Positions 1 through 8,773 of a DNA stretch of 32,000 nt are shown here, piece by piece. The position numbers and the translations under genes were made by a program. The stretch is taken from contig NC_000964.3 of the NCBI RefSeq assembly GCF_000009045.1, positions 2,100,001-2,132,000 of the forward strand, in the 5' to 3' direction. This stretch comes from Bacillus subtilis subsp. subtilis str. 168. GTDB taxonomy: Bacteria; Bacillota; Bacilli; Bacillales; Bacillaceae. Below the pieces are notes generated by a model that made no database searches, was not told the origin of the DNA, and saw nothing but the letters and a program-made list of their open reading frames with translations. Position 1 is the first letter of the stretch. Each line of letters starts with the position of its first letter.

Positions 1-70
1 CAATGTTTTTATAAAAAAGTGGTTTTTAATGATTTTTTTAATTTTGTTTTATATTTCCTGTTTTAACCAC

Positions 71-98
71 AAAAAAACCGCAGCTGAGCTGCGGTTTT
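71..98 (-). terminator. Rho-independent terminator downstream of yozC
   Basis: GC stem CCGCAGC/GCTGCGG (78-94). It is flanked by A7 on the + strand, which gives U7 on the minus-strand RNA. It lies about 50 nt past the yozC stop. Confidence 0.7.
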
Positions 99-146
99 AT
101 GTATCGACTGCTTTTAACAAAATCTGTTTGATGCTTCAAGGAAGCA

Positions 147-350
147 TTACATCTCTTCGAAGTATTCTTTATAATAGCCGCCGACTTTATTCGTATTGTC
201 GACCACAAAGAGAAACTCCTCTGTTTCATTTTTTACTTCATATTCTTTTCCCGGCGTTAAAACGCGGTTTACGATATATTTTTTTGCGTTTGTCTGCACA
301 CACTTTACTTTTTTAATGGTTTCTTTTTCAAGCCAATTTTTATGAATCAT
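147..350 (-). CDS. yozC: Small hypothetical protein (67 aa), function unknown
   Basis: Complete ORF with GGAG 8 nt upstream of the ATG and a terminator downstream. I recall the sequence as B. subtilis YozC. No domain is recognisable. Confidence 0.7.
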   Translation of the reverse strand: MIHKNWLEKETIKKVKCVQTNAKKYIVNRVLTPGKEYEVKNETEEFLFVVDNTNKVGGYYKEYFEEM

Positions 351-579
351 GATGAAATCTCCTTTTCTTATCTATAAGCTTATTGTAGCTTTTTTCTTTT
401 GTAAATTGCAATATCGGTTATTCATTGATTTTGCCTTGATTTCTATTATAGAATGTTTGTATACGCTTACGTTTGAAGCAACTATCACAGCTTATTTCTG
501 CTATTCAATCCAGGAATCAATGTGCTATCACCAAGAATCTCAGAACAGACCATAAAAAATGACTGGAGGTTTGTTACGG

Positions 580-2067
580 ATGAGTTCTTTAACGATGCAA
601 GTGACGAAAAGGCTGGAGACATTTTTACAGGGAACAAAGAAGCTTTATATTGACGGAAAGTTTGTTCCGAGTGCCTCAGGGGCAACCTTTGACACTCCAA
701 ACCCGGCGACCGGCGAAACCTTGATGACGCTGTATGAAGCCCAGGCTGCGGATGTGGACAAAGCTGTTAAAGCTGCCCGGAAAGCCTTTGACCAAGGTGA
801 ATGGAGAACAATGTCTCCAGCTTCGAGAAGCAGACTGATGTATAAGCTGGCAGACTTAATGGAAGAGCATAAAACTGAGCTTGCTCAGCTTGAAACACTT
901 GATAATGGGAAACCGATCAATGAAACGACTAATGGAGATATTCCGCTGGCTATTGAGCATATGCGCTATTACGCCGGCTGGTGTACAAAAATAACAGGAC
1001 AGACGATTCCGGTTTCCGGCGCTTATTTTAATTATACGCGTCATGAGCCTGTCGGTGTCGTCGGCCAGATCATTCCATGGAATTTCCCGCTCCTGATGGC
1101 GATGTGGAAAATGGGCGCGGCACTTGCAACAGGCTGTACAATCGTCCTCAAACCGGCTGAACAAACACCGCTTTCAGCTCTTTATTTGGCAGAATTAATT
1201 GACCAAGCCGGTTTCCCTGCCGGTGTAATCAACATCATCCCAGGATTCGGTGAAGATGCGGGAGAAGCGCTGACGAACCACGAAGCGGTTGATAAAATTG
1301 CCTTTACCGGTTCCACTGAAATCGGAAAGAAAATCATGTCCACCGCAGCGAAAAGCATTAAGCGTGTGACATTGGAGCTGGGCGGAAAATCGCCTAATAT
1401 TCTTCTGCCGGATGCGAATTTAAAAAAAGCCATCCCGGGCGCTTTAAACGGTGTGATGTTTAACCAGGGCCAAGTCTGCTGTGCGGGCTCACGTGTCTTC
1501 ATTCATAAAGACCAATATGATGAAGTTGTTGATGAAATGGCATCCTATGCTGAGTCACTCCGCCAAGGAGCGGGACTTCATAAAGATACTCAAATCGGGC
1601 CTCTCGTAAGCAAGGAACAGCATGAGCGCGTTCTTTCCTATATTCAAAAAGGAAAAGATGAAGGAGCAAAAGCAGTGACCGGCGGAAGCTGTCCTTTTGA
1701 AGCAGGATATTTTGTCGCACCGACTGTGTTTGCGAATGTTGAAGACGAAATGACCATCGCAAAAGAAGAAATTTTCGGACCCGTGCTGACTGCAATTCCG
1801 TACGAAACAGTCGATGAAGTTATTGAACGGGCAAACCATTCAGAATATGGGCTTGCAGCCGGACTATGGACAGAGAACGTCAAGCAGGCTCACTATATCG
1901 CGGACCGACTTCAAGCCGGAACCGTTTGGGTCAACTGCTATAATGTGTTTGACGCGGCGTCTCCATTTGGCGGTTATAAACAGTCAGGACTCGGACGAGA
2001 AATGGGATCATATGCCTTGGATAATTACACAGAAGTCAAAAGTGTATGGGTAAACCTTGAAGACTAA
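580..2067 (+). CDS. dhaS: NAD(P)-dependent aldehyde dehydrogenase (495 aa)
   Basis: Track frame 559-2067 trimmed to ATG 580 (GGAGG at 565-569, 10-nt spacing). ALDH catalytic motifs are ELGGKSP (Glu) and QGQVCCAGSR (Cys). Recognised as DhaS. Confidence 0.95.
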   Translation: MSSLTMQVTKRLETFLQGTKKLYIDGKFVPSASGATFDTPNPATGETLMTLYEAQAADVDKAVKAARKAFDQGEWRTMSPASRSRLMYKLADLMEEHKTELAQLETLDNGKPINETTNGDIPLAIEHMRYYAGWCTKITGQTIPVSGAYFNYTRHEPVGVVGQIIPWNFPLLMAMWKMGAALATGCTIVLKPAEQTPLSALYLAELIDQAGFPAGVINIIPGFGEDAGEALTNHEAVDKIAFTGSTEIGKKIMSTAAKSIKRVTLELGGKSPNILLPDANLKKAIPGALNGVMFNQGQVCCAGSRVFIHKDQYDEVVDEMASYAESLRQGAGLHKDTQIGPLVSKEQHERVLSYIQKGKDEGAKAVTGGSCPFEAGYFVAPTVFANVEDEMTIAKEEIFGPVLTAIPYETVDEVIERANHSEYGLAAGLWTENVKQAHYIADRLQAGTVWVNCYNVFDAASPFGGYKQSGLGREMGSYALDNYTEVKSVWVNLED

Positions 2068-2080
2068 CATGTATGTTTAA

Positions 2081-2108
2081 AAAACTGCTGCCTGCCAGCA
2101 GTTTTTTT
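2081..2108 (+). terminator. Rho-independent terminator of dhaS
   Basis: Stem CTGCTG/CAGCAG (2085-2101) with loop CCTGC, followed by T7. Confidence 0.8.
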
Positions 2109-2167
2109 CTTTCTGTAATGGCAGTAAAAGACGCTGAATATATATGCTTCTGAAGGAGTTGAGCGTG

Positions 2168-4066
2168 ATGGGCACACTTCAGGAGAAAGTGAGGCGTTTT
2201 CAAAAGAAAACCATTACCGAGTTAAGAGACAGGCAAAATGCTGATGGTTCATGGACATTTTGCTTTGAAGGACCAATCATGACAAATTCCTTTTTTATTT
2301 TGCTCCTTACCTCACTAGATGAAGGCGAAAATGAAAAAGAACTGATATCATCCCTTGCAGCCGGCATTCATGCAAAACAGCAGCCAGACGGCACATTTAT
2401 CAACTATCCCGATGAAACGCGCGGAAATCTAACGGCTACCGTCCAAGGATATGTCGGGATGCTGGCTTCAGGATGTTTTCACAGAACTGAGCCGCACATG
2501 AAGAAAGCTGAACAATTTATCATCTCACATGGCGGTTTGAGACATGTTCATTTTATGACAAAATGGATGCTTGCCGCGAACGGGCTTTATCCTTGGCCTG
2601 CTTTGTATTTACCATTATCACTCATGGCGCTCCCCCCAACATTGCCGATTCATTTCTATCAGTTCAGCTCATATGCCCGTATTCATTTTGCTCCTATGGC
2701 TGTAACACTCAATCAGCGATTTGTCCTTATTAACCGCAATATTTCATCTCTTCACCATCTCGATCCGCACATGACAAAAAATCCTTTCACTTGGCTTCGG
2801 TCTGATGCTTTCGAAGAAAGAGATCTCACGTCTATTTTGTTACATTGGAAACGCGTTTTTCATGCACCATTTGCTTTTCAGCAGCTGGGCCTACAGACAG
2901 CTAAAACGTATATGCTGGACCGGATTGAAAAAGATGGAACATTATACAGCTATGCGAGCGCAACCATATATATGGTTTACAGCCTTCTGTCACTTGGTGT
3001 GTCACGCTATTCTCCTATTATCAGGAGGGCGATTACCGGCATTAAATCACTGGTGACTAAATGCAACGGGATTCCTTATCTGGAAAACTCTACTTCAACT
3101 GTTTGGGATACAGCTTTAATAAGCTATGCCCTTCAAAAAAATGGTGTGACCGAAACGGATGGCTCTGTTACAAAAGCAGCCGACTTTTTGCTAGAACGCC
3201 AGCATACCAAAATAGCAGATTGGTCTGTCAAAAATCCAAATTCAGTTCCTGGCGGCTGGGGGTTTTCAAACATTAATACAAATAACCCTGACTGTGACGA
3301 CACTACAGCCGTTTTAAAGGCGATTCCCCGCAATCATTCTCCTGCAGCATGGGAGCGGGGGGTATCTTGGCTTTTATCGATGCAAAACAATGACGGCGGA
3401 TTTTCTGCTTTCGAAAAAAATGTGAACCATCCACTGATCCGCCTTCTGCCGCTTGAATCCGCCGAGGACGCTGCAGTTGACCCTTCAACCGCCGACCTCA
3501 CCGGACGTGTACTGCACTTTTTAGGCGAGAAAGTTGGCTTCACAGAAAAACATCAACATATTCAACGCGCAGTGAAGTGGCTTTTCGAACATCAGGAACA
3601 AAATGGGTCTTGGTACGGCAGATGGGGTGTTTGCTACATTTACGGCACTTGGGCTGCTCTTACTGGTATGCATGCATGCGGGGTTGACCGAAAGCATCCC
3701 GGTATACAAAAGGCTCTGCGTTGGCTCAAATCCATACAAAATGATGACGGAAGCTGGGGAGAATCCTGCAAAAGCGCCGAAATCAAAACATATGTACCGC
3801 TTCATAGAGGAACCATTGTACAAACGGCCTGGGCTTTAGACGCTTTGCTCACATATGAAAATTCCGAACATCCGTCTGTTGTGAAAGGCATGCAATACCT
3901 TACCGACAGCAGTTCGCATAGCGCCGATAGCCTCGCGTATCCAGCAGGGATCGGATTGCCGAAGCAATTTTATATTCGCTATCACAGTTATCCATATGTA
4001 TTCTCTTTGCTGGCTGTCGGGAAGTATTTAGATTCTATTGAAAAGGAGACAGCAAATGAAACGTGA
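2168..4066 (+). CDS. sqhC: Squalene-hopene-cyclase family terpene cyclase (sporulenol synthase, 632 aa)
   Basis: Track frame 2144-4066 trimmed to ATG 2168 (GAAGGAG at 2152-2158). Carries the DxDD-type acid motif PDCDDTT and repeated QW-like segments (RQNADGSW, MQNNDGGF, QEQNGSWYGRWG, IQNDDGSWGE). Recognised as SqhC. Confidence 0.95.
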   Translation: MGTLQEKVRRFQKKTITELRDRQNADGSWTFCFEGPIMTNSFFILLLTSLDEGENEKELISSLAAGIHAKQQPDGTFINYPDETRGNLTATVQGYVGMLASGCFHRTEPHMKKAEQFIISHGGLRHVHFMTKWMLAANGLYPWPALYLPLSLMALPPTLPIHFYQFSSYARIHFAPMAVTLNQRFVLINRNISSLHHLDPHMTKNPFTWLRSDAFEERDLTSILLHWKRVFHAPFAFQQLGLQTAKTYMLDRIEKDGTLYSYASATIYMVYSLLSLGVSRYSPIIRRAITGIKSLVTKCNGIPYLENSTSTVWDTALISYALQKNGVTETDGSVTKAADFLLERQHTKIADWSVKNPNSVPGGWGFSNINTNNPDCDDTTAVLKAIPRNHSPAAWERGVSWLLSMQNNDGGFSAFEKNVNHPLIRLLPLESAEDAAVDPSTADLTGRVLHFLGEKVGFTEKHQHIQRAVKWLFEHQEQNGSWYGRWGVCYIYGTWAALTGMHACGVDRKHPGIQKALRWLKSIQNDDGSWGESCKSAEIKTYVPLHRGTIVQTAWALDALLTYENSEHPSVVKGMQYLTDSSSHSADSLAYPAGIGLPKQFYIRYHSYPYVFSLLAVGKYLDSIEKETANET

Positions 4067-4901
4067 ATCTTATCAAGCGGAGATGTTCAATTGGTGTGAA
4101 GCCCTGAAAGATCAGATTCAAAAGCGAGGTCAGCTTGACCAGTTTGAAGATCAAATCGACAAGATGATTGAGGCTCTGGAAGATGACCAAACAACAGAAG
4201 AAGATTGGTATAAACAGGCCGCTGCCCTTTATCGGGATATTACAGAATCAGATGATACAAGTGAAAGACGCGCTTATGTCCCTATAGGGAAACACGTGCT
4301 GCCAAAGCTTCCTTACAAATACTCCGCCTTAGAACCTTATATATCACGCGATATTATGATCCTTCATCATACAAAACATCATCAAAGCTATGTCGATGGC
4401 CTGAACAAAGCAGAATCAGAGCTTAAAAAAGCGAGAGCGACAAAGAATTATGACTTAATCACTCATTGGGAAAGAGAGCTTGCGTTCCATGGAGCAGGCC
4501 ATTATTTGCATAGTATTTTTTGGTTTTCTATGCATCCAAACGGAAAACGGCGTCCTACAGGGGCATTGTTCCAAATGATAGACCTTTCATTTGGAAGCTA
4601 TTCCGCTTTTAAAGAACATTTTACCCAGGCCTCTAAAAAAGTGGAAGGCGTCGGCTGGGCCATTCTGGTCTGGGCACCTCGATCAGGACGGCTGGAGATT
4701 TTAACGGCAGAAAAACACCAGCTCTTTAGCCAATGGGATGTGATCCCCCTTTTACCGCTTGACGTATGGGAGCATGCCTACTATTTGCAATACAAAAATG
4801 ACCGGGCCAGCTATGTCGATCACTGGTGGAATGTCGTGGATTGGCGCGAGGCTGAAAAACGTTTTGAGCAGGCAAAAGAAGTCGTTTGGAAGCTCTATTA
4901 A
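4056..4901 (+). CDS. sodF: Fe/Mn-family superoxide dismutase with an acidic N-terminal extension (281 aa)
   Basis: Track frame 4038-4901 trimmed to ATG 4056 (AAAGGAG at 4042-4048). Fe/Mn-SOD motifs are LPYKYSALEPYIS, HHTKHHQSYV and DVWEHAYYLQY. The start overlaps the sqhC stop by 11 nt. Confidence 0.93.
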   Translation: MKRESYQAEMFNWCEALKDQIQKRGQLDQFEDQIDKMIEALEDDQTTEEDWYKQAAALYRDITESDDTSERRAYVPIGKHVLPKLPYKYSALEPYISRDIMILHHTKHHQSYVDGLNKAESELKKARATKNYDLITHWERELAFHGAGHYLHSIFWFSMHPNGKRRPTGALFQMIDLSFGSYSAFKEHFTQASKKVEGVGWAILVWAPRSGRLEILTAEKHQLFSQWDVIPLLPLDVWEHAYYLQYKNDRASYVDHWWNVVDWREAEKRFEQAKEVVWKLY

Positions 4902-4927
4902 AAAAAGCCCCCTTTCCTCGGGGGCTT
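4900..4927. terminator. Shared hairpin between convergent sodF and yocR
   Basis: Stem AGCCCCC/GGGGGCT (4906-4926). A7 on the + side gives a good U-tract for the minus-strand yocR transcript. The + strand tail (TTCGTGTGTT) is weaker. Confidence 0.75.
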
Positions 4928-4933
4928 CGTGTG

Positions 4934-6271
4934 TTAAAAAATACCTATCACATGCAAAAACACGATGATGATGGCAACAGGAGATAGATATCGAATGAGC
5001 AGCAGCCAAACCGCAAACCACTTTCGTTTGAGATTGGAACCGCTTTTCAGCTCGTCAAACAAATCCTGTTTCGGTATTTTTAGCGGAACAAAAATCGAAA
5101 TCAGTAACGCACCTAACGGCATTAAAATATTGCTCACAAGATAGTCAGCCGCATCAAAAATAGACAGATGAAATATAGTGACGTCACTTAAGACACCGTA
5201 TGATAATGCAGACGGCACACCGACAATAAAAATAGCAATACCGCCTAACCAAGCGAATCGTTTTCTCTTATTGATATCGCCTTTCGACAGTACTGCGACC
5301 AAAATTTCCAGCATTGAAAAAGCAGATGTCAATGCAGCAAATAAAAATAGAAGTAAAAATGCTAATAAAAAGATAATTCCGAACGGCATTTGATTAAACA
5401 CAGTCGGCAGAACGTTAAATAACAGAACCGGGCCTTGGTCTGGCTTGAGGCCGAATGAAAATACAGCTGGAAAAATCGCAATTCCGGCCATTACAGCAAC
5501 AAGCATGTTCATAACAGTTACAGATACAGCGGACTGTACCAGATTTTCCTGTTTCTCTAAATAAGCGCTATACGTTACCATGACAGATACACCGACACTT
5601 AATAAGAAAAAGGATTGTCCCATTGCATATAAAATGGTATTGGCATCAATTGCAGTTAAATCAGGCATGAGGAAAAATTTGATTCCTTCCATCGCGCCAT
5701 CAAGTGTAACCGAACGCACCATTAAAATGATGAATAATAGAAAAAGCGCCGGCATTAATACTTGGCTTGCTTTTTCAATTCCGCTGCTTACCCCTTTTGC
5801 AACAACTAAAATTGTTACCACCATAAAGAGCAGCTGGCCTCCTACAGCCAAATAAGGATTTGAAATGGTACTTGCAAATATCGTATCAAAACCAGATGTT
5901 TGCGATAAACCGCCAGTGAAGCCTTTTATAATATAAATTAAAATCCATCCGCCTACGACACTGTAGAAAGATAGAAGAATAAAGCACGTCACCATGCCTA
6001 AATAACCGATCCAATGCCACTTCGTTCCTGGAGCAAGTGTTTTATAGGACTGAACGGCATCTTTCTGTGTTCTTCTGCCTATGATGAATTCACCTAACAA
6101 TAAAGGCAGTCCGATTAAAACCGTAAATAAAATAAAAATAAGTAAAAATGCGCCTCCTCCGCTGGTTCCGGCAACATATGGGAATTTCCATATCGCACCA
6201 AGCCCGATAGCTGATCCTGCCGCGGCTAAAATAAAGCCGAGCTTCGAAGACCATTGATTTGCTTCCTTCAC
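4934..6271 (-). CDS. yocR: Sodium-dependent neurotransmitter/amino-acid symporter family (NSS/SNF) transporter (445 aa)
   Basis: NSS signature [10 protein letters not shown] and a multi-TM profile. Track frame 4934-6298 trimmed to GTG 6271 because AGGAG lies 8 nt upstream of it. ATG 6298 has no SD and would sit about 5 nt from the predicted transcription start. Confidence 0.88.
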
Positions 6272-6309
6272 CGTATCACTCCTATTTGATCTAACCATTA
6301 TAAAGGTTC

Positions 6310-6338
6310 ATTGTAAGAATATCTTCCTATATAGTCAA
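6310..6338 (-). promoter_or_regulatory. SigmaA-type promoter for yocR
   Basis: The minus strand reads TTGACT (6338-6333), 17 nt, TACAAT (6315-6310). Confidence 0.6.
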
Positions 6339-6393
6339 GAACATTTTAATTAGTTTACATCATATATCTATAGACATCTGCCAAAAACTAATA

Positions 6394-6421
6394 TTGAATT
6401 ATTCAGAAAATTATTTATAAT
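6394..6421 (+). promoter_or_regulatory. SigmaA-type promoter for yocS
   Basis: TTGAAT (6394-6399), 16 nt, TATAAT (6416-6421). The predicted start near 6428 leaves no room for an SD before the track ATG at 6433. Confidence 0.6.
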
Positions 6422-6489
6422 AAGAGAATGTTATGAAATTTGTAAGAATTTCTGCTGAAGTTCTTGATAAGTGTGTTAGGAGTGTTTTT

Positions 6490-7455
6490 ATGGACATCAT
6501 TAGAAAAATAAGCCATTTTGCAGGACAAACCTTTGGCATATGGGTCATTGTTTTTGCAGTGCTGGGATTTTCTTTCCCATCTTTATTTACGTGGATCAGT
6601 TCTTATATTACGATTTTTCTCGGCATTATCATGTTTGGGATGGGCCTTACACTGCAAGCCGATGATTTCAAAGAGCTGGTCAGAAAGCCTTGGCAAGTTA
6701 TTATTGGAGTAATAGCTCAGTATACGATCATGCCGCTCGTTGCTTTCGGCCTCGCATTTGGGCTTCATCTTCCAGCTGAAATCGCAGTTGGTGTTATTCT
6801 TGTCGGCTGCTGTCCCGGGGGAACTGCATCTAATGTTATGACATTCTTAGCAAAAGGAAATACTGCCCTTTCTGTTGCGGTTACGACAATTTCTACCTTA
6901 TTGGCACCTGTTGTAACACCGTTGTTGATTATGCTGTTTGCCAAAGAATGGCTTCCTGTCTCGCCGGGGTCTTTGTTTATCTCAATCTTACAGGCGGTTT
7001 TATTTCCGATCATTGCAGGTCTGATTGTCAAAATGTTTTTCAGAAAACAAGTGGCAAAAGCCGTACATGCCCTTCCGCTTGTTTCTGTCATTGGCATCGT
7101 TGCGATTGTCTCAGCTGTCGTCAGCGGCAATCGGGAAAATCTGCTTCAATCGGGGTTGCTCATTTTTTCAGTTGTTATCCTGCATAACGGTATCGGTTAT
7201 TTACTGGGGTTTCTTTGTGCAAAGCTTTTAAAAATGGATTACCCGTCTCAAAAAGCGATTGCAATCGAAGTCGGCATGCAAAACTCCGGGCTTGGGGCTG
7301 CACTTGCCACGGCTCATTTCTCACCGCTATCTGCCGTACCAAGCGCAATATTCAGTGTGTGGCATAACCTTTCAGGTTCTATGCTTGCAACATATTGGTC
7401 AAAAAAAGTGAAAAAGAAGCAAGCTGGATCCAAAAGCAGCAATCTATCACTTTAA
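6490..7455 (+). CDS. yocS: Bile acid:Na+ symporter (BASS) family transporter (321 aa)
   Basis: Track frame 6433-7455 trimmed to ATG 6490 (AGGAG at 6478-6482, 7-nt spacing). BASS-like multi-TM protein with GCCPGGTASNV and EVGMQNSGLG segments. Recognised as YocS. Confidence 0.9.
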   Translation: MDIIRKISHFAGQTFGIWVIVFAVLGFSFPSLFTWISSYITIFLGIIMFGMGLTLQADDFKELVRKPWQVIIGVIAQYTIMPLVAFGLAFGLHLPAEIAVGVILVGCCPGGTASNVMTFLAKGNTALSVAVTTISTLLAPVVTPLLIMLFAKEWLPVSPGSLFISILQAVLFPIIAGLIVKMFFRKQVAKAVHALPLVSVIGIVAIVSAVVSGNRENLLQSGLLIFSVVILHNGIGYLLGFLCAKLLKMDYPSQKAIAIEVGMQNSGLGAALATAHFSPLSAVPSAIFSVWHNLSGSMLATYWSKKVKKKQAGSKSSNLSL

Positions 7456-7464
7456 ATATGCATC

Positions 7465-7504
7465 AAAAAGGGTACATCACTTTATCGTGATGTACCCTTT
7501 TTTA
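7465..7504. terminator. Bidirectional terminator between yocS and odhB
   Basis: 14-bp perfect stem AAAGGGTACATCAC/GTGATGTACCCTTT (7467-7500), A-run upstream and T-run downstream. It abuts the odhB stop at 7505. Confidence 0.9.
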
Positions 7505-8758
7505 TTATCCTTCTAATAAAAGCTGTTCAGGATCTTCCAGTAAATTTTTGATTGTCACGAGGAAACCAACCGCTTCTTTACCGTCTACAATTCGGTGATC
7601 ATAAGATAAAGCGATATACATCATCGGACGGTTTTCGAAACGCTCTTCATCAATGGCTACAGGGCGCAGCTGAATCTTATGCATGCCCAGTATACCGACT
7701 TGCGGGCTGTTTAAAATTGGAGTTGACATCAATGAACCGAAAGTCCCTCCGTTTGTAATCGTGAAGGAGCCTCCCTGAAGCTCGCTAAGGGTTAATTTAT
7801 TGTTTCTTGCTTTTTTCGCAAGCTCGCCGATCTCTTTTTCGATTCCTGCAAATGTCAGGCGATCCGCATCCCGTACAACCGGAACGACAAGACCTTCATC
7901 AGCAGCAACAGCGATTCCGATATCGTAGAATTTTTTAACGATCAACTCATCGCCTTGAATTTCTGCATTCAACAGCGGATATTTTTTCAATGCAGCCACG
8001 ACCGCTTTCGTGAAGAAAGACATAAAGCCGAGCTTCACTTCATTTTGCTCAAAAAATTGATCTTTGCGGCGTTTTCTGAGATTCATGACAGCCGTCATGT
8101 CCACTTCATTAAATGTAGTCAGCATCGCTGATGTTTGCTGTACCTCTACAAGGCGTTTTGCAATCGTTTGTCTGCGGCGTGACATTTTTTGCACTTCAAC
8201 AGGTTTGTCAAAGCTTTGCTGTGCTTTTTGAGCCTGAGGCTGCTGCTTTTGCTGAGGAGCCGGTTTTGATGCCGGTTTTTCGTACGCTTCGACATCCTGC
8301 TTGCGCACTCTTCCAAGCGGATCTCCAGTTGGAACTTGAGACAGGTCAATTCCTTTTTCTCTCGCAAGCTTACGGGCCGACGGAGAAGCGATCGTTCTTG
8401 ATTTTGCTTCAGATTGTGCTTCCTCGCTCACCTCTTGTGCAGCTGGTTCAGCCTGTTTCTCTTCTTTTACGCTTTCCTTGCTTTCTGTTTTCTCTGTAGG
8501 AGCAGGGGCAGAACTTTCACCCGCGCCTTCTGAAATCGTACCGATAATTTCTCCGACCTGGACGGTATCACCCGAATCTTTCAATACCTCTTGAAGTACA
8601 CCCGATTCTTCTGCTGTCAATTCAACATTCACTTTATCCGTTTCTAGTTCAAGCAGATATTCACCCTGTTCTACATAGTCACCAGGCTGCTTTAACCATT
8701 GGGCTATTGTTCCTTCTGAGATTGATTCTGCTAATTCAGGTACCTTAATTTCCGCCAT
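7505..8758 (-). CDS. odhB: 2-oxoglutarate dehydrogenase E2, dihydrolipoamide succinyltransferase (417 aa)
   Basis: N-terminal lipoyl domain with the lipoyl-lysine motif LETDKV. An Ala/Pro/Gln-rich linker follows. The catalytic domain ends in SYDHRIVDG. Confidence 0.97.
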   Translation of the reverse strand: MAEIKVPELAESISEGTIAQWLKQPGDYVEQGEYLLELETDKVNVELTAEESGVLQEVLKDSGDTVQVGEIIGTISEGAGESSAPAPTEKTESKESVKEEKQAEPAAQEVSEEAQSEAKSRTIASPSARKLAREKGIDLSQVPTGDPLGRVRKQDVEAYEKPASKPAPQQKQQPQAQKAQQSFDKPVEVQKMSRRRQTIAKRLVEVQQTSAMLTTFNEVDMTAVMNLRKRRKDQFFEQNEVKLGFMSFFTKAVVAALKKYPLLNAEIQGDELIVKKFYDIGIAVAADEGLVVPVVRDADRLTFAGIEKEIGELAKKARNNKLTLSELQGGSFTITNGGTFGSLMSTPILNSPQVGILGMHKIQLRPVAIDEERFENRPMMYIALSYDHRIVDGKEAVGFLVTIKNLLEDPEQLLLEG

Positions 8759-8773
8759 TTTTTCATTTCCCCC

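Noticed and set aside
29-555. Track ORFs 29-316 (+), 38-229 (-) and 349-555 (+)
   Set aside because: None has a Shine-Dalgarno sequence. All have Phe/Ile/Leu/Tyr-rich composition typical of AT-rich non-coding DNA. The first two overlap the yozC gene and its terminator, and the third lies in the dhaS promoter/leader region.
6765-7130. 121-aa minus-strand ORF inside yocS, and similar antisense ORFs inside yocR, sqhC, cwlS and yojI
   Set aside because: They are shadow frames of membrane-protein or repeat-rich genes, with no independent translation signals.
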